DNA of 64,000 nucleotides from an uncultured Solirubrobacteraceae bacterium (GTDB lineage: Bacteria > Actinomycetota > Thermoleophilia > Solirubrobacterales > Solirubrobacteraceae): positions 105,675 to 169,674 of the forward strand of contig CAVPKP010000010.1 in NCBI GenBank assembly GCA_963705745.1. Direction: 5' to 3'. Below are positions 51,056 to 61,994 of this stretch, in pieces. The notes under the pieces were generated by a model. The model had not been told where the DNA came from and made no database searches. It worked only from the letters and a program-made list of their open reading frames with translations. Positions within the stretch are counted from its first letter, which is position 1, and every line of letters begins with the position of its first letter. The position numbers and the translations under genes are program-made.

Positions 51056-51096
51056 CCTTCCTCGCTCGGCGCGCGCTCGAGTGCCGCCGTCCTCGC

Positions 51097-51588
51097 ATGA
51101 CCTTGCCGGCTCCGACATATGACCTCGTGCTGCTGCTCGACCCGCAGGTCGAGGAGCCGACGCGCGCGAAGCTGATCGCCGACGCGCGCGCCGCGATCGA
51201 GGCCCAGGGCGAGCTGCTGCGACACGACAACTGGGGCGAGCGCCCGCTCGCGTACCCGATCGACCGCAAGGCGAGCGCCGAGTACCACCTGCTGCAGTTC
51301 CACGTCTCCACGACCGAGCTGCTCAATGGGCTCGATCGCACGCTGCGCCTCGCCGACGAGGTGCTGCGCTTTCGCATCGTCAAGCTCGCGCCGGGCGTCT
51401 CCTCGCCGCCGGACATGTCCTCCGGGACCGCCGGCGCGCGGCGCGACGGCGCAGAGACGCCAACGGGCGAGTCGCCTCCCGCGACGCCGCCGCCGGCGAG
51501 CGCCGAGCCTGCCGGCGAGCAGCCTGCGGAGGCCGAGGCGGGCGCGGAGGCCGAGGCCACCGAGGTCCCCGTCGGCGACGCGTCCTGA
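51097..51588 (+). CDS. rpsF: 30S ribosomal protein S6 with Pro/Glu/Ala-rich tail
   Basis: YDLVLLLDP, WGERPLAYPI, VLRFRIVK. Confidence 0.95.
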   Translation: MTLPAPTYDLVLLLDPQVEEPTRAKLIADARAAIEAQGELLRHDNWGERPLAYPIDRKASAEYHLLQFHVSTTELLNGLDRTLRLADEVLRFRIVKLAPGVSSPPDMSSGTAGARRDGAETPTGESPPATPPPASAEPAGEQPAEAEAGAEAEATEVPVGDAS

Positions 51589-51688
51589 CCCGGCCGGACG
51601 GACGCGAGCGGCGCGCAACAGCGCTGTCGGGCGTCGTCGCCGGGCGCGAGCGCGTACTAAGATCGCAGGCGTGGGCTGGGCTGAAGAC

Positions 51689-52348
51689 ATGAGCGACGGC
51701 AACGTCAGCCGCACCGACGTGCTGCGCGCCTCGCCGCCGATGTTCGAGTCGCGCGTGCTCGACGCGCTCTCGCGCGTGCACCCGATCGTGCCGGTGCTGA
51801 TCTTCGTCCCCGGCATCGTCGCGCTCGAGGCGTGGGGGCTCTCGCGGGTGAGCGTGCTGCTGTCCGTCGGGCTGCTGGCGGGCGGCTACGCGCTGTGGAC
51901 GCTGTTCGAGTACTGGCTGCACCGGCTCGTCTTCCACTTCGAGCCCGACGACGGGCTCGGCGCGCGATTGCACTGGATCATCCACGGCGTCCACCACGAC
52001 CACCCGAACGACCCGATGCGGCTCGTGATGCCACCCGCCGTCAGCGTCCCGCTCGCCGCCGCCGTGTTCGGGCTGCTGTACGTGATCTTCGGTGCGCGCT
52101 ACGCGCCGGGACTCGGCGCGGGGTTCTTCCTCGGCTACCTCGTCTACGACATGATGCACTACTACCTGCACCACTTCCGCCCGCACGGACGGCTCGGGCG
52201 GATGCTGCGCGAGCGCCACATGCGCCACCACTTCCAGGACGACACGCGCGGGTTCGGGATCAGCGCGCCGTACTGGGACGAGGTCTTCGGAACGTCCACG
52301 CGCGTGCGCTCGTCGGCCTCGCGCGCGGCGTCCGGCGACCGCAATTAG
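51689..52348 (+). CDS. Fatty acid hydroxylase / sterol desaturase family protein
   Basis: His boxes EYWLHRLVFH, HGVHH, HYYLH, HMRHH; RLVMPP. Confidence 0.92.
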   Translation: MSDGNVSRTDVLRASPPMFESRVLDALSRVHPIVPVLIFVPGIVALEAWGLSRVSVLLSVGLLAGGYALWTLFEYWLHRLVFHFEPDDGLGARLHWIIHGVHHDHPNDPMRLVMPPAVSVPLAAAVFGLLYVIFGARYAPGLGAGFFLGYLVYDMMHYYLHHFRPHGRLGRMLRERHMRHHFQDDTRGFGISAPYWDEVFGTSTRVRSSASRAASGDRN

Positions 52349-52474
52349 CGGCTTGCGCGGCGGCACGAGCCGATTCGCGCCCGCGGGCCGGTCTAGACTC
52401 GAAGCGCGAACGCTTCAAGAAACGAGATGGGTCCCGACAGCGGGATCCGCAAGCAGTCGAAAGGAAGAGGAGCC

Positions 52475-52951
52475 GTGGCCGCCACCAACATCAACAGGGT
52501 CGTGATGACCGGGAACCTGACAGCCGACCCCGAGCTGCGCTCGCTGCCGAGCGGCACGTCGGTCTGCAAGCTGCGGATCGCATGCAACACGCGCCGTAAG
52601 GACGGAGCGAGCGGCGAATGGGTAGACAAGCCGAACTACTTCGACGTGACCGTGTGGGGCGCGCAGGGCGAGAACGCCGCGCGCTACCTCTCGAAGGGCC
52701 GCCCCGTCGCGATCGACGGGCGCCTGGAGTGGCGCGAGTGGGAAGCGCAGGACGGCACGAAGCGCCAGGCAACCGATATCATTGCCGATTCGGTGCAGTT
52801 CCTGGGCTCGCGCGAAGACGCCTCCGGCGGAGGCGGTCCGATCGCGGCTCGTCAGGGCGGCGGCGCCTCCAACGGAGGCGGCGTCCCGATCGACGAAGGG
52901 GACTTCCAGTCGGCACCGGTCGCCGCGGGCGACGACGACATCCCATTCTGA
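52475..52951 (+). CDS. ssb: Single-stranded DNA-binding protein
   Basis: NRVVMTGNLTADPELR, C-terminal DDDIPF; GAGGAG RBS. Confidence 0.97.
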   Translation: MAATNINRVVMTGNLTADPELRSLPSGTSVCKLRIACNTRRKDGASGEWVDKPNYFDVTVWGAQGENAARYLSKGRPVAIDGRLEWREWEAQDGTKRQATDIIADSVQFLGSREDASGGGGPIAARQGGGASNGGGVPIDEGDFQSAPVAAGDDDIPF

Positions 52952-53031
52952 GCTTCACGCAACAGCGAGGTCTTCGTGCATTCATCCGTATTCATGCCTG
53001 ACAACCGCGACCACGGTCGCGGGGCGCGCTG

Positions 53032-53358
53032 ATGGCCAAGGCGCGCGGACGCGGCAAGCCGGTTCGCCGGCGCGACAAGAAGGGCGGCGTCGGCTCGGGC
53101 CGGCGCAAGTCCTGCCAGTACTGCCGCGACAAGGTCGAGCAGGTCGACTACAAGGACGTCGCCTCGCTGCGCAAGTTCATCTCCGAGAAGGGCAAGATCC
53201 GCTCGCGCCGGATCACCGGCTCCTGCCGGCGCCATCAGGTGCAGATCGCGCGCGCCGTCAAGCGCGCGCGAGAGCTCGCGCTGCTGCCGTACGTCAACGA
53301 GGGCGGCCGCGAGGACGGCCCCAGGCGCGACCGCGGCGACCGCGATCGGGAACGGTAG
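53032..53358 (+). CDS. rpsR: 30S ribosomal protein S18 (zinc-binding C+ form)
   Basis: [29 protein letters not shown]. Confidence 0.97.
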   Translation: MAKARGRGKPVRRRDKKGGVGSGRRKSCQYCRDKVEQVDYKDVASLRKFISEKGKIRSRRITGSCRRHQVQIARAVKRARELALLPYVNEGGREDGPRRDRGDRDRER

Positions 53359-53364
53359 CGACGG

Positions 53365-53817
53365 GTGCCTGACGCGATCCTCCTCCAGGACGTCGACACG
53401 CTCGGCGAGCAGGGCTCGGTCGTCGACGTCTCGAAGGGCTACTTGCGCAACTACCTGATGCCGCGCCGGCTGGCCCAGCCGGCGACGCGCGGCGCCGTCG
53501 AGGCGATCCGCCAGCGCCAGGAGGCAGCCGAGCGCGCTGAGCGCAACGCGACCGAGAAGGCCGAGGAGAACGTCAATTTGCTCAATCGCACCGTGCTGAC
53601 GATCCCCCAGCAGGCCGGCGCCGACGGCCGCCTGTTCGGCTCGGTCACCGCGCAGGACATCGCCAACGCGATCAAAGAAGCGCGCGGCCTGAAGATCGAC
53701 AAACGCAACGTGCACCTGCCCGAGCCGATCAAGAACGTCGGCACGTACATGGTCGTCGTCGAGGTCGTCGACGGGGTGCCCGCGACGATCAAGACGATGG
53801 TCGTCGCGAAGAAATAG
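53365..53817 (+). CDS. rplI: 50S ribosomal protein L9
   Basis: ILLQDV, GYLRNYL, GRLFGSVT. Confidence 0.97.
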   Translation: MPDAILLQDVDTLGEQGSVVDVSKGYLRNYLMPRRLAQPATRGAVEAIRQRQEAAERAERNATEKAEENVNLLNRTVLTIPQQAGADGRLFGSVTAQDIANAIKEARGLKIDKRNVHLPEPIKNVGTYMVVVEVVDGVPATIKTMVVAKK

Positions 53818-53912
53818 CGGCTCCTCGCAGACCGAGCGGGCCCTGGCGCGAAGAGCTCCCGCGATGCGCTCGTAGTTGAGCTGCGCGCACGCTTCAACCG
53901 CCGTCGCGGCTG

Positions 53913-53926
53913 CGAACATGTGTTCG
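53913..53926. promoter_or_regulatory. Putative LexA (SOS) box upstream of dnaB
   Basis: CGAAC-ATGT-GTTCG matches the Gram-positive/actinobacterial consensus CGAAC-N4-GTTCG exactly; intergenic. Confidence 0.75.
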
Positions 53927-54011
53927 TGACGAGCGTGCGATCTTTTCCTCTCGCGATTTGCGGGAACCGCCCCGGAGCGGGCGTCGCGTCGACCCTAGAC
54001 TCGCCCGACCG

Positions 54012-55397
54012 ATGAGCGCCGTGGCGACAGGCAACGGCGCGGGCAACGCCTCGATGGCGGGGCTCGCGCCGCCGCACAACCTCGAGGCCGAGCAGTCGGT
54101 GCTCGGCGCGATCCTGCTGTCGGACCGCTCGCTGTATGCGCTCGTGATCGAAGAGGGCCTGCGCGCGGAGGACTTCTACCGCGAGCGCCACGGCGCGATC
54201 TACGAGGCGATGCTCGCGCTGTACAACGAAAGCGAGCCGGTCGACACGCTGACCGTGATCGACCGCCTGCGCCAGCTCGGCAAGCTCGAGCAGATCGGCG
54301 GCCCGGCGGCGGTCGACGAGCTCACGGGCGTCGTCCCGGCGGCGGGGCACGCGCGTCGCTACGCGCAGATCGTGCGCGAGAACGCGCTCCTGCGGCGCCT
54401 CCTGCGCGCGTCGTACGAGATCCAGGAGAGCGTCGTCTCCCACCAGGCCGCGCCGCGCGAGCTCGTCGAGCAGGCGGAGAAGGCGATGCTCGAGGTCGCG
54501 CGCGACGACCGTCAGCAGGACTTCCGCGCGATCGAGGACGTCCTGCACGAGGAGCTCGACAAGCTGCACCGCCTGTCGATCGAAGGCACGTCGCTGACGG
54601 GCACGCCGTCCGGCTTCAAGGACCTCGACGAGATCACCGGCGGCTTCCAGCCGGGCAACCTGATCATCATCGCCGCGCGCCCGGCGATGGGAAAGAGCGC
54701 GCTCGTCTGCAACATCGCCGAGAACGCGGCCGTCACGCACAACAAGCCCGTCGCGCTGTTCTCGCTGGAGATGGCCGAGGCGGAGCTCGCACAGCGGTTC
54801 GTCGCCTCGCAGGCCCGCATCAAGGGCGAGGAGTTGCGCAAGGGGCGCGTCGCCGAGCAGCGCTGGCCGAAGATCCTGAAGGCCTCGCAGGTGCTCGCCG
54901 CGGCGCCGCTGTGGGTCGACGACTCCAGCGACGTCGGGATGCTCGAGATCCGCGCGAAGGCGCGCCGCCTGCACAGCCAATGCGAGGGCGGCCTCGGGCT
55001 GATCATCATCGACTACCTGCAGCTGATGCGCACCGACAGCCGCTACGACAGCCGCGTGACCGCCGTCGGCGAGCTCAGCCGCGGCTTGAAGATCCTCGCG
55101 CGCGAGCTCGGCGTGCCCGTGATCGCGCTCTCGCAGCTGAGCCGCGCCGTCGAGCAGCGGCCCGACAAGAAGCCGCAGCTCTCGGACCTGCGCGAGAGCG
55201 GGAACCTCGAGCAGGACTCCGACCTCGTGATGTTCATCTATCGCGACGAGTACTACGACGAGGAGTCCGAGCGCCCGGGAGAGGCCGACCTGATCATCGC
55301 CAAGCACCGCAACGGCGCCGTCGGCAAAGTCACGCTGACCTTCCAGAAGGAGTACCCGAAGTTCATGAACTACGCCGGCGAGCGCTACACGCCGTGA
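54012..55397 (+). CDS. dnaB: Replicative DNA helicase
   Basis: PPHNLEAEQSVLG, AARPAMGKS, DYLQLM, LSQLSR, LRESG. Confidence 0.97.
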   Translation: MSAVATGNGAGNASMAGLAPPHNLEAEQSVLGAILLSDRSLYALVIEEGLRAEDFYRERHGAIYEAMLALYNESEPVDTLTVIDRLRQLGKLEQIGGPAAVDELTGVVPAAGHARRYAQIVRENALLRRLLRASYEIQESVVSHQAAPRELVEQAEKAMLEVARDDRQQDFRAIEDVLHEELDKLHRLSIEGTSLTGTPSGFKDLDEITGGFQPGNLIIIAARPAMGKSALVCNIAENAAVTHNKPVALFSLEMAEAELAQRFVASQARIKGEELRKGRVAEQRWPKILKASQVLAAAPLWVDDSSDVGMLEIRAKARRLHSQCEGGLGLIIIDYLQLMRTDSRYDSRVTAVGELSRGLKILARELGVPVIALSQLSRAVEQRPDKKPQLSDLRESGNLEQDSDLVMFIYRDEYYDEESERPGEADLIIAKHRNGAVGKVTLTFQKEYPKFMNYAGERYTP

Positions 55398-56170
55398 GCA
55401 TCGCGCCGCGCGCCGACCCGCTCGAGCCCCCCGACGGCACGCTCGGCGCCGGGCGCTGCGCGCTCGGCGTGTGCGACGGGAGCGGCTTCCTCGTCGACGA
55501 GGCGACGAACACGGCGAGCGACTGCGCCTGCCGCGCCGGCAGGATCGCGCGCGTGCGCACGGCGGGGCTCGAGGGGCGCGTCCCCAAGCGCTATCGCGGC
55601 GTCTCCTTCGAGCGCCCGCCGGTCCCCGAAATCGCTCGCGACGCGCCCGAGGTGGTGCAGGCGGTGCGCCGCTACGTCGGCGACATCGATGCGCAGCTCG
55701 ACGCCGGCCACGGCCTGTGGCTGATGGGCGACGTCGGAACCGGCAAGACGACGCTCGCGATGATCGTCTCGAAGGCGGCGCTCGACGCGGGTCGGTCGGT
55801 GGCGATTTACTCGCTGCCGCGCCTGCTCAACCTGATCCGCGCGGCGATCGAGACGGAGGCCGGCATGGTCGGCTTCCTCGAGCGGCTCGCGGCGGTCGAC
55901 CTGCTGCACATCGACGACCTCGGCGTCGAGAACACGACCGAGTGGGTGCTCGAGCAGCTCTACTCGATCGTCAATACGCGCTACGAGGACGAGCGCGCGA
56001 TGATCGTCACGACGAACCTCGCCTACGAGGAACTGATCGAGCAGCTCGGCGAGCGCACGGTCTCGCGGCTCGTCGCGATCTGCGGCAACGGGCTGCCACT
56101 GTTCGGCGAGGACGACCGGCGCGCGCTAAGAGACGCGCGCTCCGAGGCGCACGAGGCGCATCGGATCTGA
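55394..56170 (+). CDS. DnaC/DnaI/IstB-like AAA+ ATPase, probable helicase loader
   Basis: N-terminal C..CDGSG..CAC, GDVGTGKT, IDDLG, RY, TTN, SRL; GTGA-coupled to dnaB. Confidence 0.85.
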   Translation: MSIAPRADPLEPPDGTLGAGRCALGVCDGSGFLVDEATNTASDCACRAGRIARVRTAGLEGRVPKRYRGVSFERPPVPEIARDAPEVVQAVRRYVGDIDAQLDAGHGLWLMGDVGTGKTTLAMIVSKAALDAGRSVAIYSLPRLLNLIRAAIETEAGMVGFLERLAAVDLLHIDDLGVENTTEWVLEQLYSIVNTRYEDERAMIVTTNLAYEELIEQLGERTVSRLVAICGNGLPLFGEDDRRALRDARSEAHEAHRI

Positions 56171-56207
56171 CCTTCGGCCGCCCGGGGATCGAGGCGGGCG
56201 TCCGTAG

Positions 56208-57554
<1,347 letters not shown>

Positions 57555-57604
57555 CCACGCGGCGTTTCGGCGCGCCGGCGGGCCTCCACTAGCCTGAAGG
57601 CCCG

Positions 57605-59085
57605 ATGAGCTCCGAGCAGGACCAGACGCCCTATCTCGACGCGCTGAGCGAGTACGCCGAGCGCGATCCCGCGCGCCTGCACGTGCCCGGGCACAAGGGC
57701 GGCCCCGGCGCCGACCCGCGGCTGCTCGAGGCGATCGGCGAGCGCGCGCTCAGCCTCGACGTGCCGGCGCTCACGCACGGCATCGACATCGGCCCGGAGC
57801 CGACGCCGTTCGAGCGCGCCCAGCGCCTCGCGGCCGGCGCGTGGGGCGCGCGGCGGGCGTGGTTCCTCGTCAACGGCGCCTCGCAGGGCAACCTCTCGGC
57901 CGGCCTCGCGCTCGCGCACAACGGCGATCGCGTCGTCGTGCAGCGCAACGCGCACTCGAGCGCGATCGACGCGCTCGTGCTCTCGGGGCTGCGCCCGACG
58001 TTCGCCGCGCCCGAGCTCGACCCGGAGCTCGGCATCGCGCACTGCCTCGCTCCGCAGACGCTCGACCGCGCGCTCGCGCAGACGCCGGGAGCCGTCGGCG
58101 CGTGGGTCGTCTCGCCCACGTACTTCGGCGCCGTCGCCGACGTCGCCGCGCTCGCCCGCGTCGCGCACGAGCACGGCGTGCCGCTGATCGTCGACGAGGC
58201 GTGGGGCGCGCACATGGCCTTCCACGAGCTGCTGCCCGCGCACGCGCTCTCGCTCGGCGCCGATCTCGTGATCTCGAGCACGCACAAGATCGTCGGCAGC
58301 CTGACGCAGTCGGCGATGCTCCACCTCGGCGAGCGCGGCGGCGAGCTGATCGGCGAGGACGCGGTCGACCGCGCGGTCACGCTGACCGAATCGACCAGCC
58401 CCAGCTCGCTGCTGACCGCCTCGCTCGACGCCGCGCGGCGGCAGGCCGCCGTGCACGGGCGCGAGCTGCTCGCGCACACGATGGACGTGCTCGCGCAGAC
58501 GCGCGAGCAGATCCGCGCGATCGACGGACTCGAAGTGCTGGACGAGCGCATGGCGGGGCGCGCCGGCGTGTTCGCATACGACCCGCTGCGCCTCGCCGTC
58601 GACGTTCGCGGGATCGGCGCAAACGGCTACGAGCTCGCGCCGCTGCTGCGCGAGCTCGGCGACATCAACCTCGAGCTGTACGGCCAGAACGTGATCGTCG
58701 CCGTGTTCGGGATGGGCGAGCGAGCGATTCCCGAGGCGGCGCGTTTCGTGCACGCGCTGCAAGGGGCCGTCGAGCGCGTCGGCCTCGACCCGGCCGGAGC
58801 CGGCGCGAGCTTCGCCGCGCCGCCGCCGTGGGGCGAGCTCGCGATGACCCCGCGCGAAGCGTTCCTCGGCGCGCAGGAGGCCGTCCCCGCCGCGGCCGCC
58901 GCCGGGCGGATCGCGGCCGAGTCGCTTGCGACCTACCCCCCCGGGATCCGAACGTGCTGCCCGGCGAGCGCCTGACCGCCGAGACGCTCACCTACGTGAA
59001 GGACACGCTCGCGCAGGGCGGCAGCGTGCGGGGCGCCAGCGACCGGCTGCTGCGCACCGTGCGCGTGGTCGTCGAGCGCAGCTAG
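57605..59085 (+). CDS. Orn/Lys/Arg decarboxylase (PLP, fold I) with a frameshift near 58946-58950
   Basis: HVPGHK, DEAWG, STHK, STSPS; YPPGI continues as PNVLPGERL in another frame to TAG 59085. Confidence 0.88.
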
Positions 59086-59942
59086 GGCAGCCCCTTGAAC
59101 CCGAGGCGCAGCGCGATCACGCGACGGCGCAGGTCGCTCGAGCGCGGCACGTCCTGCCACTCGGCCTCCGGCGCGTCCGACGAGCCGTCCTCCCGATCGG
59201 CGCGGACGGGGGCCCAATGCGCCTGCAGCAGCGGCGGTTGCGAGGCGCAGTGGCGCAGCTCGGACAGCCCCGCCCGAGTCGCGGCGTCGATCAGCTCCGC
59301 CGACGTCCAGCCGGCCGCCTCGCTGGCGAACGCGTCGCGCACGAACAGCGGATCGGCGTCGGGCGTCTGCGCCAGCCAGTCCCTCATCACCTGCTCGTCC
59401 TCGAGCCGCACGAGGTCCCAGATCCAGACCGCGCAGCCCGTCGCGTCCCTGATCTGCGCGATCTGGCCCAACGCGAGATCGAGCTCGACCGCGGAGGGCA
59501 GCTGGTGCAGCGCGAGCACGCAGCTGAGCAGGTCCAGCCGCGCCGGCGCGAGACCGGCGCAGTCGGTCATGTCGCCGTGGAGCAGCCGCACGCGATCTCG
59601 CAGGCCGTCTTCGGCGAGCATCCGCTCGCCGAGCTCGATCATCGGCGAGGAGAGCTCGACGCCGACGATCTGCGCGTCGCGGCGACGCGCGGCGAGGTAG
59701 GAGAGGAAGCGCCCCGAGCCGCTGCCGAGATCCATCACCGAGCCGCCGGCTCGCAGCAGCGCGCTGATGCTGCGTGCGCACAGCTCGTACTGCGGCACGA
59801 GCGGGCCGTCGTCGCTGCCGGCGCGGTGGAACGCCGCGACGCCGGCGGGCTCGTCCATCACCATCGGCTCCGGCACCCTCACGCGCAGCTCCCCGCCGGG
59901 CGGCGCCAGCTCGTCGGACGAACCCGACTCAGCCGGCGGCAA
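59082..59942 (-). CDS. Class I SAM-dependent methyltransferase
   Basis: RVPEPMVM N-terminus, MDLGSGSG, GVELS, GDM, ALHQ; start uncertain. Confidence 0.85.
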   Translation of the reverse strand: MPPAESGSSDELAPPGGELRVRVPEPMVMDEPAGVAAFHRAGSDDGPLVPQYELCARSISALLRAGGSVMDLGSGSGRFLSYLAARRRDAQIVGVELSSPMIELGERMLAEDGLRDRVRLLHGDMTDCAGLAPARLDLLSCVLALHQLPSAVELDLALGQIAQIRDATGCAVWIWDLVRLEDEQVMRDWLAQTPDADPLFVRDAFASEAAGWTSAELIDAATRAGLSELRHCASQPPLLQAHWAPVRADREDGSSDAPEAEWQDVPRSSDLRRRVIALRLGFKGLP

Positions 59943-61146
59943 GCTGCCCTCCGAGCATCAGCTTGGTCGCGTCCTCGCTCGGCGCCATCACCTGCGAGGT
60001 GAGCGCGTCGCGCATGCGACGCTCGAGCGCCAGCGGACCGCCCGCGCGCAGCCCGGTCACGCCGCACAGGCGCAGCGCCTGGCGCGTCACGTCGACGGCC
60101 GATTCGCCACAGGCGATGCGCGCGGACCAGAGGCGGTCCTGCACGGCCTCGGCGCAGCGCCGTCGCAGCAGGCTCCTCGCGGTGCTCGTCGATCAGCCGC
60201 GCCGCGCTGTACAGGAGCTCACGCGAGGCCGAGCTCGCACCCTCATCTCGGCGAGCTGGCGCTGCGTGGTTTCCGAGGAGGCGAGCGCCTTCTGTTCCGT
60301 TCTCGTCGCGGACGAGCCGCTGTCGCGCCGGATGAAATCGTGCCGCTTGCGCTGCACGTGGCCGAGCGCTTCCTCGAACGCCGCGCTCGCGATGCCCTGC
60401 CACGCCGCGGCGAAGCCGGCGCGCGAAACGATCGTCATCGAGCTGGCGCGCACGTGCGCGGAGTCATCCGGGCCGATCTGGTGCCAGCTCGGAACCTCGC
60501 ACTCGGTGAAGCGCAGCCCGCTGCTCGAGGTCGCCCTCATCCCGATGCAGTCCCACGCGCCGAACGGCTCGACGCGCTCGCTGCGCGCGGGTCCCGGCAT
60601 GATCACCACGCTGAGCTCGTCGCCGGCGGAGTCGGGCGTCGCGCGCGTCGTGCAGTAGATCCAATCCGCGTGGTTGGCGCTCGTCACGACCGGCTTCGTC
60701 GCGGTCACGCGGATGCGCTCCCCGTCGCGCTCGGCCGCGCTGACGCAGAACGCGGCGTTGCCACCCGTCTCGGGCTCGGTCGTCGCCGATGCGACGAGCT
60801 CCTCGCCGCGCGCGATCGGGGGCAGGAAGGTCTCCTTCTGGCGAGCGGTTCCGTGGTCGACGATCATCGCGTACTGGCAGTGGTGCATCACGAACACGAG
60901 CGCGGTCGACGAGCATGCCTGCGCGATCGTCTGCGTGACCTCGACGAACGTCTCGATCGACACCTCCGGGCCGCCGTACTCGCGCGGCACGAGCAGGCCC
61001 ATCAGACCGGCGCCGCCCAGCGCCGCGACGTTCTCCGCCGGGAACTCACCCGTGGCGTCGTGATGCGCGGCGCGCGGCGCGAGCACTCGCGCGGCGATCT
61101 CCCTTGCCGCCTCCTTCATCTCGGACTCGGTCCTTGTCCGGTACAT
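59929..61146 (-). pseudogene. Acyl-CoA dehydrogenase family gene with two apparent frameshifts (~60230 and ~60170)
   Basis: VPREYGG, ATTEP, WDCIGMRATSS; C-terminus RELLYSAA and LERRMRDA..VMAPSED lie in successive other frames; may be sequencing error. Confidence 0.75.
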
Positions 61147-61763
61147 CCCCTGCCTCCGTTTCCTTGCACACGCCCACACCCCGGCTGCCGGGGCGGATCG
61201 ATCGATGCAAGTTCCAGCGCCACGCGACCGTCGTCACCGTGAGCTGTCACGCGCCTCGCCGATCCCGAGCCACGTCCCCCAGACGTTCCCCCTCCCAGAA
61301 GGTTCATCCGAAGTATGGGGCTGTTCTGGAAAGTCCGGGAGCCGCCTGGTAGAGCCAATCTTGCCCAGCCCCGAGACCCCGTTTATACGCGTGCTGGACC
61401 CCTAACTGTACGCGGTATGGGCCTGATTTGGCTCTAGTACGGGGCTGGATGGGGGCTAGTGGGCCTGATGTTGAGCCAGTGGTTGTTTGCTGATTATCGG
61501 CTTGGGGATGGGTAGGTTTGGGTGGGTTAGGGGTGTCTCGGGGTGTCTTGCTTAGCTCTGGTTTCTTCTGCCGAGCGTCGAGCTAACGTCATTCTCGCCG
61601 CATCCCTACAAAACAAAGTGCCCCCGCGCTGCATGAACAGCCGGGGGCGTGGCACCGGAGGACCAGCCCCCGGCGCGTGAGGCAGCCTATCGAGGTTTAG
61701 GTGGGTCGCCTCATGCTGGCTCTTAGCTGGCTTCTCGGCGCCTCCGACCCCTTGGAGGACTTG

Positions 61764-61994
61764 ATGATGCCTCATGCCGTGATTGAGCAGACTGAGCGGT
61801 CAGTGCTCAACCTACTACTCGCTACCCCTCGCTCATGGACTTTGAATGAGCTAAGACGGGAGCTTGATGATCGTGAGCTGCCCATCATCCTGAACGCGCT
61901 AGCGCGTTTGAAGGACTCAGGCGTGATTCATTGGTATGAGGAGTTCGTTCTCCCAACTCGTGCAGCCATTCGTGCTGATCAGCTCTCGCTCTAA
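61764..61994 (+). CDS. Small winged-helix-like hypothetical protein
   Basis: GGAGG RBS; WTLNELRREL...ALARLKDSGVI pattern; TAATG coupling to the next gene. Confidence 0.7.
   Translation: MMPHAVIEQTERSVLNLLLATPRSWTLNELRRELDDRELPIILNALARLKDSGVIHWYEEFVLPTRAAIRADQLSL

Noticed and set aside
55394..56170. IS21 element, suggested by the IstB-like ATPase
   Set aside because: No istA transposase or terminal inverted repeats; the gene is coupled to dnaB and has host-like codon usage.
61360..61545. Imperfect inverted and direct repeats (CCCCGAGACCCC versus GGGTGTCTCGGGG; TGGGCCTGAT twice) near the island edge
   Set aside because: Short and imperfect; cannot be assigned as element ends or iterons without the other boundary.
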